Part shown: positions 1-11,078 of the stretch, in pieces
Layout: every line of letters starts with the position of its first letter
How positions within the stretch are numbered: position 1 is the first letter of the stretch
NCBI GenBank assembly: GCA_963747235.1
Contig: CAVVEU010000040.1
Span: 288,001 to 352,000, forward strand
Source of the DNA: an uncultured Candidatus Rokubacteria bacterium
GTDB taxonomy: Bacteria; Methylomirabilota; Methylomirabilia; Rokubacteriales; CSP1-6
DNA: 64,000 nt
Direction: 5' to 3'
Program-made: the position numbers and the translations under genes
The notes under the pieces: model-generated
What the model was told of the DNA's origin: nothing
What the model saw: the letters and a program-made list of their open reading frames with translations, nothing else
The model's database searches: none

Positions 1-1108
1 GGTGATGCTCGGCGTCGCCGAAGAGCTGGCCGATCATGGTGAGCCGCCGGAACGTGTGGCTGATCTTCAGCTCCTCGGTCATGCCCATGCCGCCGTGGAG
101 CTGGACCGCCTCCTGGCTGACGTGCCGGCAGGCGTCCGCCACCTTGATCTTGGCCGCGGAGACCGCGCGGGTGCGCTCCGCGGGCGGTGCGCTGTCCACC
201 TTCACGCACGCCAGGCACGCCATGGACCGCGCCTGCTCGTAGCTGATCACCATGTCCACCATGCGGTGCTGGAGCGCCTGGAAGCTGCCGATCGGCACCC
301 CGAACTGCCGGCGCGTCTTGAGGTACTCGAGCGTGGCCTCGTTGGCGTAGCGGATGGCGCCCACCGCCTCCGCGCAGAGCAGCGCGGTGGCGTAGTCGGC
401 CGCGTCCTCGATCAGCGGCAGCGCGCGGCCCTCTTCGCCCAGGAGCGCGTCCGCGGGCACCGTCACGTCGGTGAGCCAGACGTCGGCGGCCCGCAGCTCG
501 TCGATCGTGCGGTACTCCTTGAGGGTCACGCCCTTCGCCCCGCGGTCCACCAGGAACAGGCTGATGCCGGCCGCGTCGGTGTCGCCGCCCGACGTGCGCG
601 CGGAGACGATCAGCGTGTCGGCGGAGCCGCCGTGGAGCACCGCGCGCTTCTCGCCGTTCAGCGTGAAGCCGCCCCCGCCACGCTTGGCCCGCGTGCCCAC
701 GTGGCCGAGGTCGTAGCGGGCACTGCTCTCGGTGTGGGCGAAGGCCAGGCGGTGCTTGCCCTGGATCAGCTCGGGCAGGATGCGCTTCTGCTGGGCCACC
801 GAGCCGCCGTGGGCGATCAGGCGCCCGCCGAGGCCGACGTTGACCCAGTACGGCTCGACCACGAGGCCCTCGCCGAGCGCTTCCATGACCAGCATCACGT
901 CCACCGCGGTGCCGCCGAAGCCGCCGTGCTCCTCCGCGAAGGGCACGCCCAGCAGCCCCATCTCGGCGAAGGCCGCCCACACCGTCTCGCTCCAGCCGGT
1001 GGCGGAATCCACGATCTTGGCCCGCGTGTCGATCGAGTACTCGTTGGTCAGGTACCGCTTGAGGCTGTCGGCCAGGAGCTGCTGCTCTTCGGTCAGATCG
1101 AAGTTCAT
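1..1108 (-). CDS. Acyl-CoA dehydrogenase (PimD-like small subunit), 3' end runs off window
   Basis: Not in the ORF track; translated by hand: MNFDLTEEQQLLADSLKRYL...QFG...AVQLHGGMGMTEELKISHTFRRL. The ATG overlaps the upstream TGA (ATGA). Confidence 0.9.
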   Translation of the reverse strand, partial: MNFDLTEEQQLLADSLKRYLTNEYSIDTRAKIVDSATGWSETVWAAFAEMGLLGVPFAEEHGGFGGTAVDVMLVMEALGEGLVVEPYWVNVGLGGRLIAHGGSVAQQKRILPELIQGKHRLAFAHTESSARYDLGHVGTRAKRGGGGFTLNGEKRAVLHGGSADTLIVSARTSGGDTDAAGISLFLVDRGAKGVTLKEYRTIDELRAADVWLTDVTVPADALLGEEGRALPLIEDAADYATALLCAEAVGAIRYANEATLEYLKTRRQFGVPIGSFQALQHRMVDMVISYEQARSMACLACVKVDSAPPAERTRAVSAAKIKVADACRHVSQEAVQLHGGMGMTEELKISHTFRRLTMIGQLFGDAEHH

Positions 1109-2283
1109 AGCCCCAGCGTCGCCTTCGCGATGATGTTCCGCTGGATCTCGTTGGAGCCCGCGTAGATCGTGGCTTTTCTCAGGTTGCAGTACCGAGGCGC
1201 GAGGCGGGCGGTGAAGTGGTCGAAGTCCATCGCGTCCACCGGCCGGAAGGCCTGGGCCAGCGGGCCCGCGGCCTGCATCATCAGCTCGGTGATGGCCTGC
1301 TGGATCTCGGTGCCCTTGATCTTGAGCATGGAGACGTCGGCGCCCGGGGGCTTCCCGCTGCGCCGCATCTGGTCGAGGAAGCGGAGGTTGGTGATCTCGA
1401 GCGCCATCAGCTCGACCTCCACGCGCGTGAGCCGGTCGCGGAAGCGCGGGTCCTCCATCAGCGGACGCCCGTCCTTCATCTGCTCGCCCGCCAGCTCCTT
1501 CAGCTTGGTCAGCTCGCGCTTGGAGGCGCCGATGCGACCGGTGCCCATGCGCTCGTAGCCCAGCAGGTACTTGGCCACCGTCCAGCCCTTGCCTTCCTCG
1601 TGCACGAGGTTCTCGGCGGGCACCTTGACCTCGTCGAAGAAGACCTCGTTGACCTCCTTGCTGCCGTCCATCAGGACGATCGGCCGCACGCTGATGCCGG
1701 GCGTCTTCATGTCGATCAGCAGGAAGGAGATGCCGTCCTGGCGCTTGCCGGTGCCGTCGGTCCGCACGAGGCAGAAGATCCAGTCGGCGTGCTGGGCCAG
1801 GGTCGTCCAGATCTTCTGGCCGGTCACCACGTAGTGATCGCCCTGGCGCACCGCGCGCGTCTTGAGCGAGGCCAGGTCCGAGCCCGAGCCCGGCTCCGAG
1901 TACCCCTGGCACCAGAAGTCCTCGCCCTGGAAGATGCGGGGCAGGAACTTCTTCTTCTGGGCGTCGGTGCCGAACTGCAGCAGCACCGGCGCGCACATGC
2001 GGAGCCCGAACGGGATGAGCGGCGGCGTGGCCGCGAAGCCGCACTCCTCCTCCCAGATGTAGCGCTGGACCAGGTTCCAGTCGGTGCCGCCCCACTCGGT
2101 CGGCCAGTCCGGCGCGACCCAGCCCTTCCTGGCCAGGATCTTGTGCCAGCGCAGGAGATCGTCCTTCGAGAGCTCCTGGTAGCCTTCCATCTTGGCGCGC
2201 AGCTCGTCCGGCAGGTTGCTCTTCAACCAGCCGCGGACCTCGTCGCGGAAGGCCAGCTCGTCGGGCGAATAGTTCAGATCCAT
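1105..2283 (-). CDS. Acyl-CoA dehydrogenase (PimC-like large subunit)
   Basis: C-terminal part of the 943-aa ORF: MDLNYSPDELAFRDEVR, WCQGYSEPGSGSDLASL, TIYAGSNEIQRNII. AGGAG RBS upstream. Confidence 0.92.
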   Translation of the reverse strand: MDLNYSPDELAFRDEVRGWLKSNLPDELRAKMEGYQELSKDDLLRWHKILARKGWVAPDWPTEWGGTDWNLVQRYIWEEECGFAATPPLIPFGLRMCAPVLLQFGTDAQKKKFLPRIFQGEDFWCQGYSEPGSGSDLASLKTRAVRQGDHYVVTGQKIWTTLAQHADWIFCLVRTDGTGKRQDGISFLLIDMKTPGISVRPIVLMDGSKEVNEVFFDEVKVPAENLVHEEGKGWTVAKYLLGYERMGTGRIGASKRELTKLKELAGEQMKDGRPLMEDPRFRDRLTRVEVELMALEITNLRFLDQMRRSGKPPGADVSMLKIKGTEIQQAITELMMQAAGPLAQAFRPVDAMDFDHFTARLAPRYCNLRKATIYAGSNEIQRNIIAKATLGL

Positions 2284-2336
2284 GTCAGGGCTCCTGTGGA
2301 ATCGTCGTTGATCGTGCGGCTCGACCGACCGCCATG

Positions 2337-3372
2337 CTATCGCAGGGCGCGAACGAGGTCCAGCAACCGGCCCAGGGTGGCGAGCCGGGCCGCGAGCCCC
2401 TCGCCGCCGGGCTCGACCCGCAGCGTGGTGACGCCGGCGCGCTGGTAGGCCAGAAGCCGCGCGCGCACCATGGCGTCGGTGCCGAGCAGGTTGGTCTGGA
2501 GCACCAGCTCGTCGGGCACGCGGGCCGTCGGCGTCGTCGCGCCGGCCGTCGAGCCACAGGCGCTGCACCTCGGTGGCCGCGTCCACGTAGCCCGCCCGGC
2601 GGTAGGCGTCGTTGTAGAAGTTGTGCTGGCGCGAGCCCATGGCGCCCAGGCTGAAGGCCAGGCCGGGCTTGCGCGGCGGGATCAGCCGCTCCACGTCGTC
2701 GCCGAAGGCGACGTAGCCGCCCGCCTGCAGGTCGAGCTGCGCGAGCGAGCGGCCCGCGCGCGCCGCGCCGGCGGCCAGCGAGTCGAAGAAGACGTGGGCG
2801 TGCTCGGGCATGAACGAGGTGCCGAGCCAGCCGTCGGCGATCTCGCCCGTCATCTCGAGGCTCTTCGGCGAGAGCGTGGCCAGGTAGATCGGCAGGTTCG
2901 GCTGGGGCGGCGCGGCGGAGCGGAGGGCCTTGCCCTCGCCGCCGGGCAGCGGCAGCTCGTAGACCTTGCCCTTGTACTCGAGGCGCTCGCCCCGGATCGC
3001 CCGCCGGACGATCTCGACGGTCTCGCGCATGCGCTGCACCGGCCGGTCGAAGCGGATGCCGTGCCAGCCCTCGATCACCTGCGGTCCGCTCACGCCCAGG
3101 CCCAGCAGGAAGCGGCCATTGGACATGGACTGCATGCTCATCGCGGTCATGGCCAGCAGCGCGGGCGTGCGGGTGCCGGCCTGCATGATGCCGGTGCCGA
3201 GGCGGATGCGCGAGGTGCGCGCGGCCATGAAGGCCAGCGGGGTGACGCCGTCGTGGCCCCAGGCCTCCGCGGACCAGACGTCGTCCACGCCCAGGCGCTC
3301 GGCCTCGGTCACGTAGCTGCTCGCCTCCGCCCAGTCGGTCTGGGCCAGGCGCAGCGAGATCGAGACGCGCAT
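2337..3372 (-). CDS. LLM-class (luciferase-like, F420/flavin-dependent) oxidoreductase; frameshift near 2525
   Basis: VWSAEAWGHDGVTPLAFMAARTSRIRLGTGIMQ, GRFLLGLGVSGPQVIEGWHG; the C-terminus continues in ORF 2337..2519. Confidence 0.88.
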
Positions 3373-3899
3373 CAGGCGGGGCGCGACGCCGCGAGAGCCG
3401 TCGCGATCTTCTGGAGCTGGCCGGCGTGATCGAGGTCGTGCAGCCGGGTGAAGAGCAGCGTCTCCCGCCAGGTGAGCGGGCCGAACATCGGGTGCTCGAT
3501 CCGCGCATCGGGGCCGGCGGCCGGATCGGCGGCGAGGACCTTCGCGAACAGAGCGCCGCGCTGCTCCGCGAGGAGGCGACACCACGCCTCGGCCGAGCGC
3601 ACGGGCGCGTCCTCGATGATCCCGCGCCCGTCTGATCGCGGGAGCGGCGGCCCGCCATCGAGCACGCTCACGATGCTGCCGGCGAAGTAGAGATCGGCCG
3701 CCAGCACGTGGGCCATCACCTCGTTGCCGCTCCACTCCTCGGGCGCGGGCCGCTCGCCGAAGCGCGCCGCCGGCACCGCCGCGGCCGCCGCCTTCAGGTC
3801 CGCCATCGCCTGCTGCACCTTCTCCACGATGGCCGCGGGCGTCAGCTTGGCCCCCTGCGCCACCAGATACCCCCGGATCCGCGCCTGCTCCTCGTCCAT
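3372..3899 (-). CDS. DinB family protein
   Basis: WSGNEVMAH...HPMFGPLTWRETLLFTRLHDLDHAGQL, the DinB His-triad pattern. Confidence 0.85.
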   Translation of the reverse strand: MDEEQARIRGYLVAQGAKLTPAAIVEKVQQAMADLKAAAAAVPAARFGERPAPEEWSGNEVMAHVLAADLYFAGSIVSVLDGGPPLPRSDGRGIIEDAPVRSAEAWCRLLAEQRGALFAKVLAADPAAGPDARIEHPMFGPLTWRETLLFTRLHDLDHAGQLQKIATALAASRPA

Positions 3900-3938
3900 G
3901 GCGGCTGACTCTATCCCGCCCCCGCCCGCCCCGCAATG

Positions 3939-4023
3939 GGGGTCAGGTCTTGAATTACGACATTTCCGCTCGGCCGGACTTCGCCGTGAGGCGGCTAAAT
4001 GTCGTAATTCAAGACCTGACCCC
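3939..4023. repeat. REP/MITE-like palindrome with perfect 27-bp inverted arms
   Basis: GGGGTCAGGTCTTGAATTACGACATTT (3939-3965) and its exact reverse complement (3997-4023) flank a 31-nt spacer. A near-identical single arm lies at 42878-42904. Confidence 0.9.
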
Positions 4024-4025
4024 AT

Positions 4026-4862
4026 CTAGACGCCGACGGTGGCGAGGAAGGCGGCGATGACGGCCTGGACTTCGGCGCGGTGGGTGCGGTTGGGGAAGTG
4101 GGGGCCGCCCTCCACCACGTGCAGACGGGCGCCGGGGATGGCGTCGGCGACGCGGCGGGACATGGCCACGGTGGGGAAGCTGTCCTCGGAGCCCGCGATG
4201 ACCTGGACCGGGCAGCGGATGCGGCGGCAGTCGTCCAGCCACTCGACGCGGCTGTAGGTCTCGTCGAGCAGCGCGAGGAGCGAGGCCACCGAGTGGCGGC
4301 GGAGCGCGCCGGTCAGCTCCGCGTACCGATCGGGCCGCGCCTTGAGCCGGGCCAGCGCGGCCTCGCCCATGCGCAGGCGCACGTTGGCGTCGAAGTACTC
4401 CTCGAAGCGGCCCTCTTCCACCAGGGGCCGCTGGCGGGCCCACCAGGCCTTGTCCTCGTCGCTCGGCACGAAGGGCGGCCCGCTGATGGAGATGACCGCC
4501 CGCGCGCGCTCCGGGGCGTGCGCCGCGATCCACAGCGAGAGCGCGCCGCCCATGGACACCCCGCCCCACACCGCCTCGCGGATCCCGAGGCCGTCGAGCC
4601 ACGCCAGCAGGTCCTCTGCCTTGCGCGCGTAGGTGTAGTCCTCCACCCGCTCGAAGCGCGAGGAGAGCCCGTGGCCGCGCGTGTCGGGGAAGAGCGCGCG
4701 CACGCGCCCGAAGAAGGGCTCGAGATCCGCCACCATCACCGAGGAGTCTTCCACCGAGCCCCCGTGAATCCACACCACGACCGGAGCAGCAACAGGGCCC
4801 GCGGCGAGGCCGGCCTCCCGCCAGTGCAGGCGGACGCCGGTGGGCAGGACGACTTCAGGCAG
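4026..4862 (-). CDS. Alpha/beta-fold hydrolase (probable CTG start)
   Basis: WIHGG oxyanion motif, GVSMGG nucleophile elbow, GPHFP His. The frame extends upstream to CTG-PEVVLPTGVRLHWREAG. Confidence 0.85.
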   Translation of the reverse strand: MPEVVLPTGVRLHWREAGLAAGPVAAPVVVWIHGGSVEDSSVMVADLEPFFGRVRALFPDTRGHGLSSRFERVEDYTYARKAEDLLAWLDGLGIREAVWGGVSMGGALSLWIAAHAPERARAVISISGPPFVPSDEDKAWWARQRPLVEEGRFEEYFDANVRLRMGEAALARLKARPDRYAELTGALRRHSVASLLALLDETYSRVEWLDDCRRIRCPVQVIAGSEDSFPTVAMSRRVADAIPGARLHVVEGGPHFPNRTHRAEVQAVIAAFLATVGV

Positions 4863-5532
4863 GGCCGATCCTCTTCTCCAGGTAGCGCGCGTAGCGGGAC
4901 ATGGAGTAGGTGCAGACCCAGTAGACCACCGCGATGAAGAGGTAGAGCGGGAAGGGGCGGATCTCGCGGTTGTTCACCACCTGGGCGGCCTTGGTCAGGT
5001 CCATGAAGCCGATGATGGAGGCGAGCGAGGTGTCCTTGAAGAGCACGATGAACTGGGTCACCAGCGACGGGATCATGTTCTTGAGCGCCTGGGGCAGGAT
5101 CACGTAGCGCATGCCCTGCGACCCGCTGAGCCCGAGCGCGGTGCCCGCCTCGACCTGGCCGCGCGGCACCGACTGGATGCCCGCGCGCACGATCTCGCCC
5201 AGGTAGGCCGCCTCGAAGACCACGAACGCGGTCAGCGCCACCCCGAACTCCGGGATGGACGTCTTGAGCACGATGGGCATGATGAACCACATCCAGAAGA
5301 TCACCATGACCAGCGGGACGCCTCTGAAGAACTCCACGTATACGGTCGCCGGCATGCGGATCCACCACTGGGGGGCCAGGCGCGCGATGCCGATGAAGAT
5401 GCCGAGGAGGAAGCCCAGGATGATGGACGGGATGGCCAGGCGCAGGGTGCCGCCCACGAAGTTGCCGATGCCCAGGAAGCCCTGGAGCATCAGGAACGGC
5501 AGGTTGCGCCAGATGACGTCGAGATCGAGCAT
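4855..5532 (-). CDS. Polar amino-acid ABC transporter permease
   Basis: YVEFFRGVPL, AYLGEIVRAGIQSVPRGQVEA (EAA loop), KDTSLASIIG. Confidence 0.92.
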   Translation of the reverse strand: MLDLDVIWRNLPFLMLQGFLGIGNFVGGTLRLAIPSIILGFLLGIFIGIARLAPQWWIRMPATVYVEFFRGVPLVMVIFWMWFIMPIVLKTSIPEFGVALTAFVVFEAAYLGEIVRAGIQSVPRGQVEAGTALGLSGSQGMRYVILPQALKNMIPSLVTQFIVLFKDTSLASIIGFMDLTKAAQVVNNREIRPFPLYLFIAVVYWVCTYSMSRYARYLEKRIGPA

Positions 5533-5534
5533 GG

Positions 5535-6258
5535 CTAGCGCCGCTGCCGCCCGCCGACGATGAGGCCGGGGATCGCGGTGCGCCGCTCCACCCAGGACAT
5601 GATCGAGGCGAGGGAGACGCAGAGCACCAGGTAGATGAGCGTGCCCGCGGTGAGCGCCTCGATGGCCTTGGCGGTGTAGGTCTCGATCTGGCGCGTCTGG
5701 AACGTGAGCTCGGCCACGCTGATGGTGAGCGCGACCGACGAGTTCTTGAGCAGGTTCAGGGACTCGTTGGTGCCCGGCGGAATGATGAGCCGGAGCGCCA
5801 CCGGCAGGATCACGTAGCGGTAGGCCTGGAAGGTCGTGAGCCCGGAGGCCACCGACGGCCTCGAGCTGCGTCTTCGGGATGGACTGGATGCCGGAGCGGA
5901 GGACCTCGGAGAAGCGCGCGCCGCTGTAGACGCCGAGCGCGAACACCGCGGCCCAGAACTCGAGCCCGTTGGCGAAGAGCCACTGCTGGACCGCCTCGGG
6001 CAGCAGCGGCGGCACCGCGAAGTACCAGAAGAACATCCAGACCAGCAGCGGCACGTTGCGGAAGAACTCCACGTAGAACGTGGCGGCCGCGCGCAGGGGC
6101 CAGAAGCGCACGGTGCGGAGCGAGCCGGAGACGATCCCGAGCGCGACCGCGATCAGCCAGGCGACGGCCGAGAGCTCGAGCGTCATGATGAGGCCGCTCA
6201 GCAGCCACTGGCCGGACTCGCCGGTCCAGAGCACCGACCACTTGAACTGGTAGTTCAC
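5535..6258 (-). CDS. Polar amino-acid ABC transporter permease; frameshift near 5853
   Basis: YVEFFRNVPLL, EVLRSGIQSIPKTQLEA, then LLKNSSVALTISVAEL in ORF 5535..5852. Confidence 0.88.
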
Positions 6259-6279
6259 CCGGCTCCTTCAGCCTTCAGC

Positions 6280-6326
6280 CCCCTCACCCTGCCCTCTCCC
6301 CTGAGGGGAGAGGGCAGGGTGAGGGG
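6280..6326. repeat. REP-like perfect 22-bp hairpin (CCCTCTCCC/GGGAGAGGG family)
   Basis: CCCCTCACCCTGCCCTCTCCCC-TGA-GGGGAGAGGGCAGGGTGAGGGG, intergenic between the binding-protein and permease genes. Related copies at 20993 and 29955-30048. Confidence 0.85.
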
Positions 6327-6339
6327 TGGTTCGCGTGCC

Positions 6340-7204
6340 TTACTTGGGGACGACCTGGAGGAGCATGAAGCTGCGGACCTGGGGCGCCATCGGGTACGGC
6401 AGCTCGCCCTTGGCCCCGAACCACTTCTCGTAGATCTCGAAGAACTTGCCGGACTCGATGCCGTCCATCAGCCCGCCGTTGACGACGTTGCGGAAATCCG
6501 CGTCGCCTTTCCGCATGGCCATGCCGTAGGGCTCGTAGGAGTAGAAGTCGCCGACGATGTCCCACAGCGGCCGGATCCGGCGCCTTGGCCTTGAGCCCGG
6601 CGAGCTGGATGCCGTCATTGGTGTAGGCGTCCACCTGCCCCTGCACCAGCGCCTGGAAGGCGGCCGGCTGGTCCGGGAACTCACGCAGGATGCGCCTTGG
6701 GCGCCTTCTCCCGGATGATGCGGGCGTTGGTCGAGCCCTGCTGGGCGGCGATGCGCTTGCCGTCGATGTCCTTGATGCCCTTGATCGGGCTGCCCTTCTT
6801 GACCAGGAACTGCGCGCCGGTGACGAAGAACGTGATCGAGAAGTCCACGCTGTCGCGCCGCGTCCGCGTGTCCGTCATCGTCTCGGCGATCAGGTCCACC
6901 GCGCCGGAGGACAGGAGCGGGATCCGGGTCGGCGGCGCGCTCTCCTTCTTCTCGACCTTGATCGGCTTGCCGAGCTTCTTCTCGACCGCGGGCCTGATCA
7001 GCTCCTCGACCAGGTCGATGGAGAAGCCGACCCACTCGTTCCGGGCATTGACGTACGCGAACGGCGGCGACCCGGTCCGGGTGCCGATCGTCAGCGGCCC
7101 GTCTCGCTGATCTTGTCGAGGGTCATCTTCGTTTGCGCCGCCGCGGGCATCACCGACACGGCCAGCAGCGCCAGCACCATCACCACTCCAATGAATCTCC
7201 GCAT
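6340..7204 (-). CDS. Polar amino-acid ABC transporter substrate-binding protein (SBP family 3); several frameshifts
   Basis: Signal peptide MRRFIGVVMVLALLAV, GSPPFAY, RIPLLSSGAVD, QQGST, YEPYG spread over three or more frames. AAGGAGG RBS. Confidence 0.85.
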
Positions 7205-7226
7205 GCACATCCTCCTTGGTGAAGTC

Positions 7227-7967
<741 letters not shown>

Positions 7968-7969
7968 GG

Positions 7970-8467
7970 CTATTCGATAACCAGCAGGACGTCCCCGGGG
8001 TTCACCACCTGGCCGGCCGCGACGCGAATCTCCTTCACCGTCCCCGCCACCTGCGCCTTGAACTCGTTCTCCATCTTCATGGCCTCCAGCACGATGAGCC
8101 CGTCGCCGGGCGCGACGGCCTGGCCCACCGCGACCTCGATCAGCGTCACCTTCCCCGGCATCGGCGCCTTCAGCACCTGGCCCGCCACGTTGCCCTGGGC
8201 CCCGCGCGTCCGGATGATGTAGCGCGATTCCTCCTCGACGCGGATCGCGTAGCGCTCGCCCGCCACGTCCACCACGTAGACGCCGTCCTGCTCGGTGACG
8301 TCGGCCACGTGCGAGGCGCCGCCCAGCAGGATGGACCAGATGCCCTCGCCGGTCTCGCGCGCGTCCACCGCGAGGCGCTCGTCGCCGATGGTGACGGTGA
8401 AGCGGCCCTCGGCGCCCGCGATCTCGATGGGGATCGTCTCCCCGCCCGCCTGCGCCTCGAACTTCAC
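7970..8467 (-). CDS. Biotin carboxyl carrier protein (biotinyl domain)
   Basis: APMPGKV...LEAMKMENE biotinylation motif. Has its own GTG with GGAGGAG RBS, although it reads in frame with accC in this assembly. Confidence 0.85.
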   Translation of the reverse strand: MKFEAQAGGETIPIEIAGAEGRFTVTIGDERLAVDARETGEGIWSILLGGASHVADVTEQDGVYVVDVAGERYAIRVEEESRYIIRTRGAQGNVAGQVLKAPMPGKVTLIEVAVGQAVAPGDGLIVLEAMKMENEFKAQVAGTVKEIRVAAGQVVNPGDVLLVIE

Positions 8468-9986
8468 CGAGCTCCTCCAGCCCGGCCGCAGCGCCTGCCG
8501 CCAGGCGCCGGGCGTCGTGGCGGGCCCGCTGGGCGAGCCTCCGGCGGACGCCGGGCGCCCCGCGCGCTCGTAGGCGGTCAGCGCCGCCGCGATCAGCGCG
8601 ATCGTGCGGTGCCGGCCCGCCGCCTCCGGCTTGTCCGCCGCCAGCAGGCGCTCCATGAAGCCGGTGGAGAGGCGACCCGCCACGAAATCCGGGTGCGCGA
8701 TGATGCGCTGGAGGATCGGGATCGTGGTCTGCACGCCGGCCACCGTGTACTCGCCGAGCGCGCGCGCCATCCGCGCGATCGCCGCGTCGCGGTCGGGGCC
8801 CCAGACGATCAGCTTGGCCATCAGCGTGTCGTAGAAGCGCGGGATCGTGCAGCCCGCGTAGACGCCGGTGTCGTCGCGCACCCAGGGCCCGCCGGGCGCC
8901 CGCAGCCCCACGACCTTGCCGGGCGACGGGATGAACCCCGCGAACGGGTCCTCCGCGTTGACGCGGCACTCGATGGCCCAGCCGTGGAGCGCGACGTCGT
9001 CCTGGCCGAAGCCGAGCTTCTCTCCCGCCGCGATGCGGAGCTGGTCTCGCACGAGATCGCGCCCGGTCACCAGCTCGGTCACCGGATGCTCCACCTGCAG
9101 GCGCGTGTTCATCTCGAGGAAGTAGAAGTTGCGCTCGCGGTCCACCAGGAACTCCACGGTGCCCGCGTTCACGTAGCCGACCGCGGCGGCCACCTGACAG
9201 GCGGCCTCGCCCATGCGACGCCGCATCTCGGGCGTGACGAAGGGCGACGGGCTCTCCTCCACCAGCTTCTGGTGGCGGCGCTGGATCGAGCACTCGCGCT
9301 CGCCCAGGTACACGACGCCGCCGTGCGCGTCGGCCAGCACCTGGATCTCGATGTGCCGCGGCTCCTCCACGTAACGCTCGATGTAGACCGCGGCGTCGCC
9401 GAACGCGGCGCCCGCCTCCGAGCGCGCGGCCCGCAGCGCGCCGGTCAGCTCGCCGGGCGTGCGCACCAGGCGCATGCCCTTGCCGCCGCCGCCCATGGCC
9501 GCCTTCAGCATGACCGGGATAGCCCACGCGCTCGGCCACGCGCACCGCCTCCGCGTCGTCCGAGACCGGCTCCTCGGTGCCGGGCACCACCGGCACGCCC
9601 ATCTTGATGGCCACGCGGCGGGCGGCCATCTTGTCGCCCATCGCCCGGATGGCGGCCGGCGGCGGCCCGATGAAGGTCAGCTTCGCGTCGAGACAGGCCT
9701 GGGCGAACTTCGCGTTCTCGGCCAGGAAGCCGTAGCCCGGGTGCACCGCCTCGGCCCCGGTGGCGCGGGCGGCGGCGATCAGCTTGTCGATGACGAGGTA
9801 GCTCTCGGCGGCCGGCGGCGGCCCGATCGGCACCGCCTCGTCCGCGAGCAGCACGTGGAGGGACTCGCGATCGGCTTCGGAGAAGACGGCGACGGTCTGG
9901 ATGCCGAGCTCGCGGCACGCCCGGATGACCCGGACGGCGATCTCGCCGCGATTCGCGATGAGGACCTTCCCGAACGGGGCGCTCAC
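8464..9986 (-). CDS. accC: Biotin carboxylase subunit; frameshift near 9515; 3' end approximate
   Basis: [61 protein letters not shown]. Confidence 0.9.
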
Positions 9987-10028
9987 GTCAGCGAGCATGA
10001 TAGCAGCTAAACCCGCGCCCCCGCTGAC

Positions 10029-11063
10029 TTATTTGTCGAGCGCCTTGACGGCCTCCTCCACGAAGGAGGTGTCCACGATGGACCGCAGCGGCAGCGTCTT
10101 CTTCATGAAGCCGTTGGCCGTCCACCAGGCCATCTGCCGCTCGATGTCGGTCACGAGCAGGCGACCGTTGCGGTCCTGGAACGGAAAGCCGAGCCTGATG
10201 TTCTCGGGCCGGGCCCCCGTGTACTTCGCCGTGATCTGCACGACCTCTTCGTAGCCGGCGCCGGGCACGAGGCGGCCGTCCTTCTGCACCAGCGCGGCGT
10301 CGTGGTAGTGGCGCGAGGCCTTCACGTAGCCCTTCATGAAGGCCACCGCGCGGGCGCGATCGGTCGCGAGCTTGCCGGAGTAGAAGATGGTCGCGATCTG
10401 CCAGGGGTAGAGGTCCCCCGCCCACGCCATGATCTTGCCGAAGCCCTGCGCCTCCGCGGCGCCCGGGAAGGGCTGCGGCACCAGGATGGCGTCCACCTGC
10501 TTGCCCTTCAGCGCCTCCATGGTGGCCGGCATGGCCTGGAGCGGCACGATCTTCACGTCGGCCAGCGTCAGCCCGTCCTTCTCCAGGATGTTGCCGATGT
10601 GGTAGTGGAACGTGGAGCCGATCTGGGTGACGCCGATCCGCTTGCCCCGGAGATCCTTGATGGTCCGCAGCGCGCCGCTGTCCCACAGCTCCTTCTGCAC
10701 CACGATGGCCACCAGCGGGTACCCCGGCCACTCGCGCCCCTTGTCGGCCACGATCCAGAGCTTCTCGCCGCCCAGCACGATGTTGTAGAGCGCGGCGGTG
10801 AGGCCGGTGGCGCCCACGTCGAGCTGGCCCGCGGCCAGCGCGGTGGCGATGGGCGCCGCCGCCTGGAAGTAGACCAGCTCGGGCTCGACGCCGAACTCCT
10901 TGAAGTAGCCCTTCTCGACGCCGATGAAGATCGGCGCGGAGGACGTGAGCTTGAGCACGCCGACCTTGAGCGGCGCGGGCGCCTGCGCCTCCGCGCCGGG
11001 CGAGAGAGCGATGCCGCCCGCGAGTGCCGCGAGAGCCAGGACCAGCCAGGAGAGTCGTCGCAT
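10029..11063 (-). CDS. NitT/TauT/SsuA-family ABC transporter substrate-binding protein
   Basis: Signal peptide; APIFIGVEKGYFKEFGV, DLRGKRIGVTQIGS. Confidence 0.88.
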   Translation of the reverse strand: MRRLSWLVLALAALAGGIALSPGAEAQAPAPLKVGVLKLTSSAPIFIGVEKGYFKEFGVEPELVYFQAAAPIATALAAGQLDVGATGLTAALYNIVLGGEKLWIVADKGREWPGYPLVAIVVQKELWDSGALRTIKDLRGKRIGVTQIGSTFHYHIGNILEKDGLTLADVKIVPLQAMPATMEALKGKQVDAILVPQPFPGAAEAQGFGKIMAWAGDLYPWQIATIFYSGKLATDRARAVAFMKGYVKASRHYHDAALVQKDGRLVPGAGYEEVVQITAKYTGARPENIRLGFPFQDRNGRLLVTDIERQMAWWTANGFMKKTLPLRSIVDTSFVEEAVKALDK

Positions 11064-11078
11064 ACGAGCAGCCTCCGA

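Noticed and set aside
1105-3936. 943-aa apparent LLM oxidoreductase/acyl-CoA dehydrogenase fusion
   Set aside because: A frameshift near 2525 carries the LLM frame through non-homologous sequence. The dehydrogenase has its own RBS and ATG at 2283.
4855-6258. 467-aa double-permease fusion
   Set aside because: Frameshift near 5853; the first permease ends properly in ORF 5535..5852.
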